Source of the DNA: Malacoraja senta
Taxonomy: Eukaryota
Assembly: GCA_038087875.1 (NCBI GenBank)
Contig: CM075988.1
Coordinates: 10,418,001 to 10,482,000 of the forward strand
DNA length: 64,000 nucleotides
Direction of reading: 5' to 3'
Positions 13,334 through 24,304 of the stretch are shown here, piece by piece. Under the pieces are notes generated by a model, which saw only the letters and a list, made by a program, of their open reading frames with translations, had not been told where the DNA came from and did not search any database. Positions within the stretch are counted from its first letter, which is position 1. Every line of letters starts with the position of its first letter. Position numbers and translations under genes: made by a program.

Positions 13334-14780
13334 ATGGAGAAATGGGAAGGAGAGGCAGCCAGGGACGCACCGTAGTAAAACCCCAGATCCTAAAGGTAGC
13401 GGGCGTCAGTCAGGGGAGTCAGTGGCAGCGAAGCCATTAACTCCCGTTGTGGTCGAATGTGCATTAAACCGCCGGCGGCGGGGCGCAAGGCTGAGAAAAA
13501 AAAATTTTTTTTTTAATCGGCCCGACCTGTAGACTCGGATGAGTCAGACCCGGAGGTATGCCCTCCTCAGGCAGGAAAGAGTATTACACTGCAAGGGACA
13601 ACAACTTTAGAACTCCTTATGGGGCAGATGATTTGTAAAGAACCCCCACAGGAGGATTTAAGTCGGTGTTGGCCAATGAAGTATAGTACAGGAGGTGCCT
13701 TGGAACAGGCACAAGGGTGGCCTACAGGAGAGCCATCAGTACCTGTGCAGAAACATTAAAGAGGTTGGCCTACAGGAGAGCCAGTGCCCAAAAATGCCAG
13801 AAAAAAGGCAAGTTATGTGTTGGCCTATTGGAGAGCCAGTACTAGAAATGCCTGAACAAAAGGCAGCACAAACGTGCAATGATAAATGTGCCAGCACCGA
13901 CAAATATAAAGAGTAAAAATAATGAAGCGTTGGCCTAGAATTGAGCCAGCGCCAGCAGCACCTGAAGCAGGGCTGCCTGTCCGTGGGCCTACAAGAGAGC
14001 CCGCGCAGGGGGAATCTGGCAGAGACTTACCTGAAACAGGGGAGCCAGAAATTACCCAACATAAAAATGAATATCTAGATTTAGATGATGATTTAAATGA
14101 GGACCAGAGCCCATTATCAGAGCCACAAATGTTCCAAGGCTGGCACAAAACTTTGCTGTTCCCAGAGTAACAGGGGAACCTTTGAGAGAGGAAATAGCTA
14201 TGACTATAAATTATCTACTCTCCCATCAGCCCCAGGAATTAACCATGGATGAGACTATCAAAAAACATGAGACCCGGGAAATTGTAGCAGTTACAGCAGT
14301 GAATAACTTGATATGGGTAATTTGAGCAGTGGTTTACGCTCACAAGAATTGAAATTACACAGGTGCTGAAATTTCTGGGGTCAGTGGTTTGGATGAAGGT
14401 TATATATCGTATTCACAACAAAATGCCTTAGCACTCATGTGTAGTGCGCACTTTGAAATAAATTGTATTCATTAAAATGCAATAAGACCAAATATTCATC
14501 CTAAGTATGCAGGCTCTGCAAACCATCCAATATACAAATGCCTAAATCTGTTTTGGAGAAAATCTAACAAAGAAACTAAAGGATCACCTATGCTGAGCAG
14601 AGCGGTGAGAAGGCAGTATCCCTACAGGCGAAATGTGGTGCTGGAGAAGGAACAATCCTATCATTCTCGTATACACGTTGACATGCTGCACCGAGGATAC
14701 GTGGAGGTTACAATGTGCCTACTAGAAGGGGACAACAACTGCCGGTGGCAAACCCCGAGGTTAGGGGGCTTGTTCTGGTA
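13334..14780 (+). pseudogene. DIRS ORF1 (gag-like), fragmented
   Basis: Inferred from position upstream of RT. Only short Pro/Glu-rich pieces remain (13922-14170), with no diagnostic motif recognised. Confidence 0.5.
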
Positions 14781-14799
14781 AGAAACACAACAAATGTTT

Positions 14800-16230
14800 C
14801 ACACTCACAAATAGGGGGAAGGTTACGATTCTTCCTAAAAGAATGGCAATCAATAACAAATGATTCATTTATTCTATGTAGCATTGTAGGATTGAAAATT
14901 GAGTTCTCTCCACGTTTGGATCCTCCAATTCAGCATAATTCAAACTGGTCACAGATTTTTTTTTCAAAGGAAGAGAATGAGTTGATCAAAGGAGAATTGA
15001 AAAATGTTATGCAGAAAAGGATGATATAAATGTCAGTAGAACAACACCATCAGTTTGTGTCAAATATTCTCCTAGGAATATTCTCCTAGAAAAGGTATGG
15101 TGGACGAAGAATCATTTCCGATCTGACAAATCTTAACCTTTATGTACAATAGAAACATTTCAAAATGGAAACATTTACTAATGCCATTTAGCTAGTCACA
15201 AAGAATAGCTACAAGGCAAGCATAGATCTGCAAAATGCATATTATTCTGTGGCAATGCATGGTAATGATCAAAGATATTTCAAATTTAGATGGATGAGTC
15301 AGTTATGGCAATTTAAAGCATTGCCCAATGGTCTGATTTCAGCACCAAGATTATTCACTAAATTGCTCAAATCAATTTTAGCTCTGTTAAGAGCTGAGGG
15401 CCATGTATTAATGGCTTATTTAGATGATATCCTCATTGTAGGAGACACTTTGGCTGCTGCAAAATTGTCAGTATCCAGTCAAATACATTTTGAGAAATTA
15501 GGTTTCATTATTCACCTACAAAAATCTAAATTGTTACCAAGCAAAAAGATTGATTACCTAGGGTTCACAATTAACTCCGAACACATGGTAATCACTTTGC
15601 CAAAAGATAAAAAGCTGCAGTTAATTGAAGGTTGCATAAAACTGATTAACGAGGACACACCTTCAATTAGAGATGTGGCAAATTAATTGCAGGGTTTCCA
15701 GCGGTCACGTTTGGACCATTGCATTATCAATGTTTACAGAGAGCTAAGGTACAAGCGTTAAAAATGAATAGAGGGCATTTTGATAGGCCCATGAAATTAA
15801 CAATTCAATCCATTACAGAAATAGAATGGTGGATTAACAATGTTTCTAATGCTTCCAGAAAAGTTCTGGTAGAAACACCTTCCGTCACTCGACAGACTGA
15901 TGTAAGTGCGCTGAGTTGGGGCGCTACTAACATGATTTCCAGCTGTGGAGGTAGGTGGAATGTGAATGAAGTACCTTTGCTGGAAAAACTGGGAATCAAT
16001 TACCTAGAGCTATTAGGCGCATTTTAGGGCCTTAGAGCTTATTGCACTGATATGGGAAATGTGCATGTTCAGGTACAGGTTGACAATACTACAGCTGTAG
16101 CATACATAAATCACATGGGTGGTATAAAATCAGAATCATGTGAAAAATTGACAAATGAAATTTTGACCTGGGGTATTGCCAGAAAAATGTGGCTGTCAGC
16201 AATATATTTACCAGGTAAAAATTAATACAA
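14800..16230 (+). pseudogene. DIRS reverse transcriptase/RNase H, disrupted
   Basis: Motifs IGGRLRFFLKEW, ALPNGLISAPRLFTK, AYLDDILI, TDVSALSWGA, INYLEL and VDNTTAVAYINHMGG, with several stops and frameshifts. Confidence 0.92.
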
Positions 16231-16683
16231 TTGCAGACAAAAGATCACGTAAATTTAATGATAATACAGAATGGGTTAAATCGGAAAATATTCACACAAA
16301 TTATCACAAAATTTGGAATGCCAGAAATTGATCTGTTTGCATCAAGATTGAACCACCAGTTGCCTAAGTATGTGTCATGGGAACCTGATCCTGGAGCAGT
16401 AGTGGTGGATGTTTTCTCGCTACATTGGGATGGTATGTTTCTGTATGTTTTTCCACCATTTTTGTTTAATCCACAAATGCATACAGAAAATTAAACAAGA
16501 TTCAGCCTCAGGGATTTTGGTAGTACCAGATTGGCCTACTGGTACCCACTGGTGTTAAAAATGGGGGGGGGGGAAAAAACCCTTATGGTTATTCCAAAGC
16601 AGATTAAACTGCTTGTACACCCTGTGACTAATGAATCACATCCTTTACATAATCGTATTGGTTTGTTGATTTGCAGATTCTAA
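16231..16683 (+). pseudogene. DIRS DNA N6-adenine methyltransferase-like domain, frameshifted
   Basis: IDLFASRLN...DVFSLHW...YVFPPF and LVVPDWP, in the usual position between RH and YR. Confidence 0.8.
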
Positions 16684-17666
16684 GAAGGCCATATCTTGGA
16701 AAAAGATTATCAGACCGTACGGTGGATGTTATGACAGCAGCCTGGAGGAACAGTACCCAGAAGCAGTACATTTCCTATATAAAGAAATGGGAGGTGTTTT
16801 GTTCAGGAAAGAATATTGCATATAACACAGCAGAAATTTCAGATGTAATAGAGTTTCTTTCAACTCTACACTATGAATTGAAATTAAGTTATAGTGCAAT
16901 TAATACTGCACGAAGTGCACTCTCTGCATATTTAAGCAGTGAATCAGAACAAACTCCAATTGGAGCACATCCTTGGGTCTGTAGGTTTATGAAAGGAATT
17001 TTCAACTCTAATCCTCCCAGACCCAGGTATACAGATATTTGGAATGTAAAAGATGTACTGATGTTCCTAAGGAATTGGAATCCAGTTGAAACTCTGTCAT
17101 TATCCAAAATTACCATGAAATTGGTTATGCTCATGGCATTAGTTTCAGCTCAGAGAGTTCAAACATTACAGAAACTCAGAATTGATAGAATGAAAGTAGG
17201 GCAAAATGCCGTGACATTCTATGTCTATGATTTACTGAAGCAAAGTAGACCTGGGTTCACAGGATGCAAGTTGGAATTTTTAGCATATCCTACAGATTCA
17301 CGACTGTGTGTAGTAACATATGTGAAATGTTACATAGAAACAACAAAAGTTTTAAGAGGTGCCGAATTGGCATTTTTTATTAGTCATAAAAAACCTCATA
17401 AGAAAGTGTCAACACAAACAATGTCACGATGGTTGAAACAGGTGTTGAGATATTCAGGTATTGATACTGATAAATTTAAATCTCATTCCACTAGGGCGGC
17501 ATCAACATCAGTGGCCAGGGATTCAGACGTGCTAATAGACCTTATTCTCGTGGCCGCAGGATGGGCAAGTGAACAGATGTTTCACAAGTATTACCACAAG
17601 GAGATTAAAGATCTCAGAGGGTTTGGTAATGCCGTGCTGGATACAGTATTAAATCCCCCATTATAA
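16671..17666 (+). CDS. DIRS tyrosine recombinase (open 331-codon frame; first ATG 16731)
   Basis: Catalytic residues present: R (SAQR), HSTR, W (AGW), Y (FHKYY). N-terminal LSYSAINTARSALS region. Confidence 0.9.
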   Translation: MQILRRPYLGKRLSDRTVDVMTAAWRNSTQKQYISYIKKWEVFCSGKNIAYNTAEISDVIEFLSTLHYELKLSYSAINTARSALSAYLSSESEQTPIGAHPWVCRFMKGIFNSNPPRPRYTDIWNVKDVLMFLRNWNPVETLSLSKITMKLVMLMALVSAQRVQTLQKLRIDRMKVGQNAVTFYVYDLLKQSRPGFTGCKLEFLAYPTDSRLCVVTYVKCYIETTKVLRGAELAFFISHKKPHKKVSTQTMSRWLKQVLRYSGIDTDKFKSHSTRAASTSVARDSDVLIDLILVAAGWASEQMFHKYYHKEIKDLRGFGNAVLDTVLNPPL

Positions 17667-18171
17667 TAAATGGGCCTAATTTTGTTACTTTTATTAAAAT
17701 AAATAAAACCATTAACTGATTACATTCAAATGTTGTGGTTATGCATTTTTGATTGTGCTTACTCAAATAGAGTCAATCGATGCAGTGAACACCTGGATTT
17801 GAATCCACGGTGTGAAATCACAGAGCTTTGAAATCTTCACGTAGTCACTCACGTGACTCCGAAGTAAAATAGTAAGATTATACGAGAACTTACCAAGTTT
17901 GAAGTTTGATCTTTATTTTATGAGGAGTAACGTTGAGGGATTACGTGCCCTCCGCTCCCACCCTCATAAAAGGATCAAGCTGGTAGTTCTAAGTCTTTAT
18001 GCATCTTACTATCATACTTCAGCAATTATCGTCTGTGATTGTCACTCCGCTGCTTTGAAAGATTGACGCGTGTGCGGCTGGACGGGGCTTCTTCACGTAA
18101 TCCCTCAACGTTACTCCTCATAAAATAAAGATCAAACTTCAAACTTGGTAAGTTCTCGTTTAATCTTACTA

Positions 18172-19320
18172 GTTTATGTGGCTTATCACCAAATTCAAAA
18201 TGTTCCTGTTTTGTAATTTGGAATAATCTTACTACTCTTGCCGATAAAATTTGATTGTTTAAATTTCAATAGTAGTATCTTATTATGTTTATCTGTAGAT
18301 GGATCTTTGGCATTATCTAACTCTAATTGTCTAATTTCTTGTTCTAACATCAGTTGTTCTGTCTTATTCTTTTTATTTTGGAAGATTTGATATGAGATTA
18401 TAACTCCTCTGATAAATGCCTTGAAAGTTTCCCATAATAAAGAAGGTGAAATACATGGTGTCTCATTTGTCTCAAAGAAAAATTTAATTTGTTGTTTTAG
18501 ATATTTATAACCTTGTGGGTTGTTTAAGATTTGTGCGTTAAACATCCAGAAATATTTTTTACCCGGCATTCCCTCAAATTTTAATAGAAAAGTCAACAGG
18601 GAATGATCGGAAATAATACTATTGTGGTATTTAGGATTGATTGTATATGGAATTAATTTTGTATCCACTAAGAAATAATCAATTTGTGAATAAGTGTTAT
18701 GTACCGATGAGTAAAATGAATATTCCCTCCCAGTTGGGTTAGCAGTTCTCCATTCATCTGTTATATTAGTATTTTTAATGTATGTATTTAGAAGTTCACT
18801 AGTCTTAGATTTTAAGTTACCCCTCCTTTGTTTTACTGATTTGTCTAAATATGGGTCTAAAACGCAATTGAAGTCCCCCCCTATTATTACATTTTGGTAA
18901 TTAAACTCTGATATTATATCCAGAATTTTATTAAAAAATTGGGGGTTATCAAAATTTGGAGTGTAAATATTTATCATAGTCAATGGGGTGGAGTAAATTT
19001 TTCCCGCAACTATAATATACCTTCCCGCTTTATCTGATATAGTATTCTTTAATTTAAATGGTATACCTTTTCGAATGATAATAGCCGTACCTCTAGATTT
19101 AGAAGTAAATGAAGAATAATATGTTTGACCTATCCAATTTGCCTTCAATCTCATCTGTGTTTGTTGTTTCATATATGTTTCCTGCAAAAACGTTATGTCA
19201 GAATTTAATGATTTTAATTGGACAAAAATCTTGCCCCTCTTAATTGGTTCGTTGGCACCCCATTATATTCCAGCTGCAGAACGTAATTCCTCCGTTCTTT
19301 ATTTTTCTATCGTCTTGCAT
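18172..19320 (-). pseudogene. L1 ORF2 N-terminal APE endonuclease part
   Basis: ORF 18195-19187. A probable ATG lies at 19320 upstream of the SWNI motif, with a frameshift nearby. Confidence 0.9.
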
Positions 19321-20711
19321 TATAAATTAGTTTGGTATTTTTGATTCATATGGTGCAACCAAATACCTCAGAATTCTGGGTGTTGGGTGGTCGTCCCGAA
19401 CTTTTAGATTTATTTTGCATCTCCTTCCTCTATTGTACCTTAATAAGAAAAAAAAGAAAGAATGTGTTGTGATATTAATTTTAAAAAATAACAAATAATA
19501 GTCGTGGTAGTGATTTAAAAAAAAGGTGATGTTAAGGTATCTAAGGGAAGATACCTTAAAAACGAGAAGCCACCTAAGGTGGGGAAAAATTTGTAGACGT
19601 CCGTTATTGTTATTGTACATTGAGCTCCGTCCCCTTAACAGAGTATCGTGAAAGGCTGCGGGCCGTTTCATTTATTTAAAAATTTATCCAACCAGAGCAG
19701 ATAAAAACAGAAAAGACTTCAGAAAGAGAGGGAAAAAAACAAAAAACAAAACAAAAACATATGTTCAATTCTATATGTATATATGCATTTCCAATTTATC
19801 TAGCATTAATCTGTTCTAAACTTTACCATATGTAAGTTATACATTATACACCCGAAGTTATTACATTATATCCCAGTCTTTATCTTAAGTACAAGCAGAT
19901 TCCAAGGGGTTAAACAGAGCCAAGCATCTGGATCTTTTCCAAGTGTATGATGCTCCTCCCTCCTTCACACACGGTTATATTATGTTAGTATTATTATGAA
20001 CATTTTAGTTAATTACTGTATATTAGTATATATCGTCAATTTTAGTTATTCCCTTAAACTAGGTTAAAATTATTTAATAAATGTTGTATAAGCTCCCCTT
20101 ATCCTCCCCTCCCCCCGCTCCGTGGGTCAGTCATGTTTACAGATTACATTAAAAGAAGATTAGTATTATTAAGTCTGTTAGATTAATTGATTATTTAATA
20201 TTAATATATAATAATTAAAGATTTTCTTAAATCAACAGATTTTTATATTCCAGTCCGTTTATGTTTCTTTCCATGTCCCTCAATTTTAATTCTGTATCTT
20301 TGACTTCCTTTTGTTTATCTTTAAGTTTTCCATTCAAGGTGAAACATGGACTATAAGCTCGAAAACACGTTCCAGACAGATCAGCATGTCTGGTAACTGT
20401 CTGGAAAAGTTCCGCCATCTTAATTAGAGCAAAGTCTTATATTGAAAAGTTTAATCTTCAGCGTTCTCCTCTGTTTTCTTTACGATATCTTGTGCGTAAT
20501 TAAATGCCAGTTCTGGATCCGTAAAGGAGCGTTCAATAGAATTATGTTATCTTCATTTTTGCAGGATATATTACCCCATATCTCACCTTGGGGTTTCCTT
20601 TCAGAATATTTATTGTCTTTGTAAACAAGAACCTTTTTTGACGATTTCAGGGGGATAATCACGGAAGAATCTAATATTATCCTCGGAAAATGGAAGATTC
20701 ACCCCGTGAGG

Positions 20712-21520
20712 AATATATACCAAAACCCCAATAAAGTGTTAGACCTAATACCAGTGCAAAAAACCTCGAAGTCCTTAATGCAATCAAAGACATTCTATAT
20801 TTCATGGTTATGGTTAGTGTTGCATTGTGTTCAAGAACCTGTTGGGTAGAAGCCATTCTTCAACCTGGTGGTCATGGTTTTCAGACTCCCATATTTTCTT
20901 CTCGATGGTAGAAGTGAAGTGAGAGTGTGCCTAGTGTTGAGTTGATGATACTGGTTACTTTTTTGAGGCAATGTCTCCCAAGATCCCTTCAATAGTATGG
21001 ATGTCAGTTCATCTGAAGGACAGGCATTGTTGATCACTCTCAATCCTGGTCATTGAAGTTGCCAAACCAGGCTGCGATACGACCAGCTCTCTACTGAACA
21101 TCTGTAGAAGTTTATGCGAGTACTCATCAACATATCGAATCTCCACAATCTTCAAAGGAAGTAACTGCACAGATGGGGTTTTGTCATGATTTGCTGGGAC
21201 CATGACAAATCTTCAGTGAAATGAACGTCCAGGAACTTGAAGTTGTTGACTCTGCACCATCGACCCATCAATGAAGACAGGTTTGCGGATCTTAGTTTTC
21301 CTCTTCTAAAATCAACAATCAGCTCTTTGGTTTTGCTGATGTTGAGAGCAAGATTGTTGTTTAGTTTAGTTTATTGTATGGAAATAAGCCATACAACCAT
21401 GCTTTTAGTGGAATCGGGGATAAGATGTTAACTCAGCAATATGAAGCGGAGGAAAAAGATCAGACATGATGGACTGAATGGCCTACTTCTGCTTCCATTT
21501 CATATGACCTCATTGTTTCT
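20712..21520. repeat. Right copy of ~808-bp direct duplication
   Basis: Matches 9303-10110 and begins exactly at the L1 5' end. Confidence 0.95.
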
Positions 21521-21785
21521 AACCATAAATGAAGCATTGGAATAATAAACTTTGTTACAAAGTATCCAGAGCAAATAAATATTCCCAGTAAAATGGAACC
21601 ACAAGAAACTGCAGAGGCTGGAATCTTGAGCAAAACTGCTGGTGGAACTCAACAGGTCAGGCAGCTTCTGTGGAGGGGATGGACATGTGGCATTTTGGGT
21701 CTGGACCTTTCTTCAGACTGGGACAGCTGATGTTTCTGTTTGGGGCCCTTTGAAATTTTTGATTCAGTAGTCTGAAAATGGATCC

Positions 21786-23070
21786 TGTTGGTGAAAATAT
21801 TCACTGGGATCTGTGTAAGAGGAAAGCAGCAACTTTATTGCTGACTGAGCTCGAGGATAAGAGTCAAGACCCTTGACCACCTGTGAGCACCTTCTCCCGG
21901 AGTGATCCTTACAGCTGGTTTATATTTTTTTAAATACAAACAATGGCAGGTGTTTACATTATCTGGATGAGGGGCCAGTCAATCCCATAGTAACTCCCTA
22001 GCCAATCAATCCCTTAGAAACTTCTTAGTAGCCGCTCAGCAACTCCTTATGGGCCTGTCCCACTTAGGCGACTTTTTAGGCGAGTGCAGGAGACTCTGCG
22101 TTCGCCACATGGTCGCCACATGTTCGCTGATGGTCTCTGGTGAATCTCCTTCATGGTCGCGAGGAGTTCCCGCATTCTGGGAATTAGTCGCGGCCTCAGT
22201 ATAGTCGCCGCAGATTTTACAACATGTTGAAAAATTTTCTGCGACTAAAAATTGGTCGCCATGGAGAAAATCAATAATCCTGTAGTCGTAGGTGCTGTTG
22301 TAGTGGGGTCGCCATGTAGTTGTAGGTAGCCGAGGTAGACGTAGTTAGTTTTAGTTAATCGCCTTTGCTGACCGGTCATTTTCATTGGTTCATTGGGGGA
22401 AAAAAACGTAAGCAGGAGTTTTCAGAACCAAGGATAACGAACCAGTAATGTTAAATGACCGCCAAACTTCACAGCTGTGTATCTCTAGCATATTAAAAGT
22501 TATCTGGCTTCTTAAAAGTTGTCTCATCTCCTTCTCCCCCCTTCTCCCCTCTTTTAAATGACTTACCGTACACTTTACTAGCCGTCTTAATTACAGCGCC
22601 AACCTTCCTGTTCATTGCAGTGTGTCTGTATCACCTTGGCTTTGAACTGTGTGAATTTCAGACAGCGCTCCCCAGCTTGCCATAGCCCCCACCTTTACGA
22701 TGTGTTTGTGTGTGTGTGTGTGTGTTCCACTCTGACAGTCGCCGTTCCAGTTCCCAGTTTTTCAGGCGACTGCCGGCAACTTGACAGTCGCCGGCAGTCT
22801 GCTGAAAAATCGCCTAGGTGGGACAGGCCCATTAGCCAATCAATCCTTAACAGCCCCTTAGCAACTTAATAATGTTTTTCGGTCATTGTGGCTCAACCGT
22901 ATCAATATTTTGGCTATTGCAGGCGCTCAACATCTGCCCTTGTGACTCGACTATGTCTAATTCTCCACTGAGGCATTTAGCCAGCAATGTTACTGTTCAG
23001 TAAGCATTTAGCAGTGTCCACATAGTCAAGTATCCTGACATCCTCTCTGGTTCCGAAATTTACTCCAACA
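21786..23070 (-). mobile_element. Solo LTR (~500 bp excluding the MITE)
   Basis: TGTTGG...CCAACA termini, flanks GATCC/TATCC (5-bp TSD with one mismatch), minus-strand TATAAA (~21920) upstream of AATAAA (~21836). It splits a Penelope-derived repeat. Confidence 0.75.
22050..22831. mobile_element. PIF/Harbinger non-autonomous element (MITE)
   Basis: TIR TGGGCCTGTCCCAC(T/C)TAGGCGA, TTA TSD at 22047-22049 and 22832-22834, and repeated GTCGCC subterminal motifs. Confidence 0.9.
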
Positions 23071-24304
23071 TATCCCAACCCAAAATTGGTGTTTGTCCAT
23101 TCCCTCCACAGTTGCTGCCTTACCCGTTGAGTTCCTCCAACACATTGCATTTTCCTGAGTCCCAAATCTAACTATTTTAAAGTTAGATATTGTAAAGTAA
23201 TGATAGATAGAGTAAAAGATCGTTATAAAAACATCGTAATCAGAATTGCATTGTTGGTCCCCAAAGAGCCTGCAATAATGATAATTGACTACGTAATTAG
23301 AGTTGAAACAGCATCTTATAGAAACTATCCCTCTTCTTTGATATGTCTTCAACTAGATTTCAATTCTGTCAAAATATAATCTTAATATGTAATTAAAAAT
23401 CTTTCAGTCTTTGCCAAAAGGCACTTGTCATTGGCATACATATTCTGATTAAATATCATTCTGACAGCTTGTCTAAAGAGTTCCACTTGCAGTTAATTTT
23501 TTGCAATTAACATCTTTAGATGAATCATGGAAGGGCTGTAGGCCATAACTTACAGTCGACCTCTGAGATGATGTGATAACTTTCACATACAAGTGAGCAC
23601 CATCCTTAACCTTCCCTCTGTTCATTGGTGCATTTGGATCACAGTATGTACCAGCTAGACAATGCAAGTATAAACCTCAACACCCAGAAGGACAAGGGTT
23701 ACAAGCACATGAAAAATATTTTAAGCTGGTCTTTAACTCACACTTTTTCTGAATATGTTCTCTTCATTTATTATTGCTGGATCAAAATAGCTCAGACACC
23801 TTTCTACCTGCACTGTGGGATTAGTATTTTGACATGGTAAAGATATCCCAAACACCAATCAAGGCAAAAGAAACAGTGAAGATCAAAATCCTGATCTTGC
23901 TTACAGCTCATGGATGAATTAAATATTTTTTAATCTTCTCCCCCCCCCCCCTCCCCTAGAGTTCCCACTTCATCTTCACTCTGGTGTCATTGTTCACCTG
24001 TGCATTAAAGACCGCCTCAGTTAATAAATGATCAAAGTAAACCATTATTCTAAGTTAGAAACAAACTGCTGGATGAACTCCGCAGATCAAGCGGCATCTG
24101 TGGAGTCAAAAGGATTGAGACGTTTCAAGTCAAGACCTTGCTTCAATTGTGTTGCACGGTCACTACTTTGAAACATCAACAATAATCTTTCCCCCACAGA
24201 TGCTGCTTGATCTGCTAAGTTCATTTTGTTAGCTCTAGATTCCAGCTTCTGCTTTCTCTTTTGTCTCCATCTTTCCAAGCATATGACAAAGTTTATAATT
24301 ACAC

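Larger units (their letters stand above)
13098..18171 (+). mobile_element. Full-length DIRS1-like tyrosine-recombinase retrotransposon (5074 bp)
   Basis: ITR 13124-13159 pairs with 18064-18099 (35/36). Left ICR 17834-17869 is complementary to 13098-13133. Right ICR 17870-17947 is complementary to 18094-18171 (77/78). Carries RT, RH, MT and YR domains, with no TSD. Confidence 0.97.
10111..20711 (-). mobile_element. L1-clade LINE (~5.5 kb once the DIRS insert is removed)
   Basis: A-rich tail at ~10111-10152, RT motifs (SLDAEKAFDQVEW, RGNRQGCAISPLLF, LYADDIL), APE endonuclease motifs (GGDFN, IDYFL, SDH) at 18195-19187. Confidence 0.95.

Noticed and set aside
16231..17666. Prophage integrase plus methylase, or bacterial contamination
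   Set aside because: Both domains lie with RT/RH inside DIRS ITR/ICR termini nested in a vertebrate L1.
23554..23654. Possible minus-strand exon (AGTYCDPNAPMNRG...)
   Set aside because: Weak polypyrimidine tract, unrecognised peptide and no partner exons.
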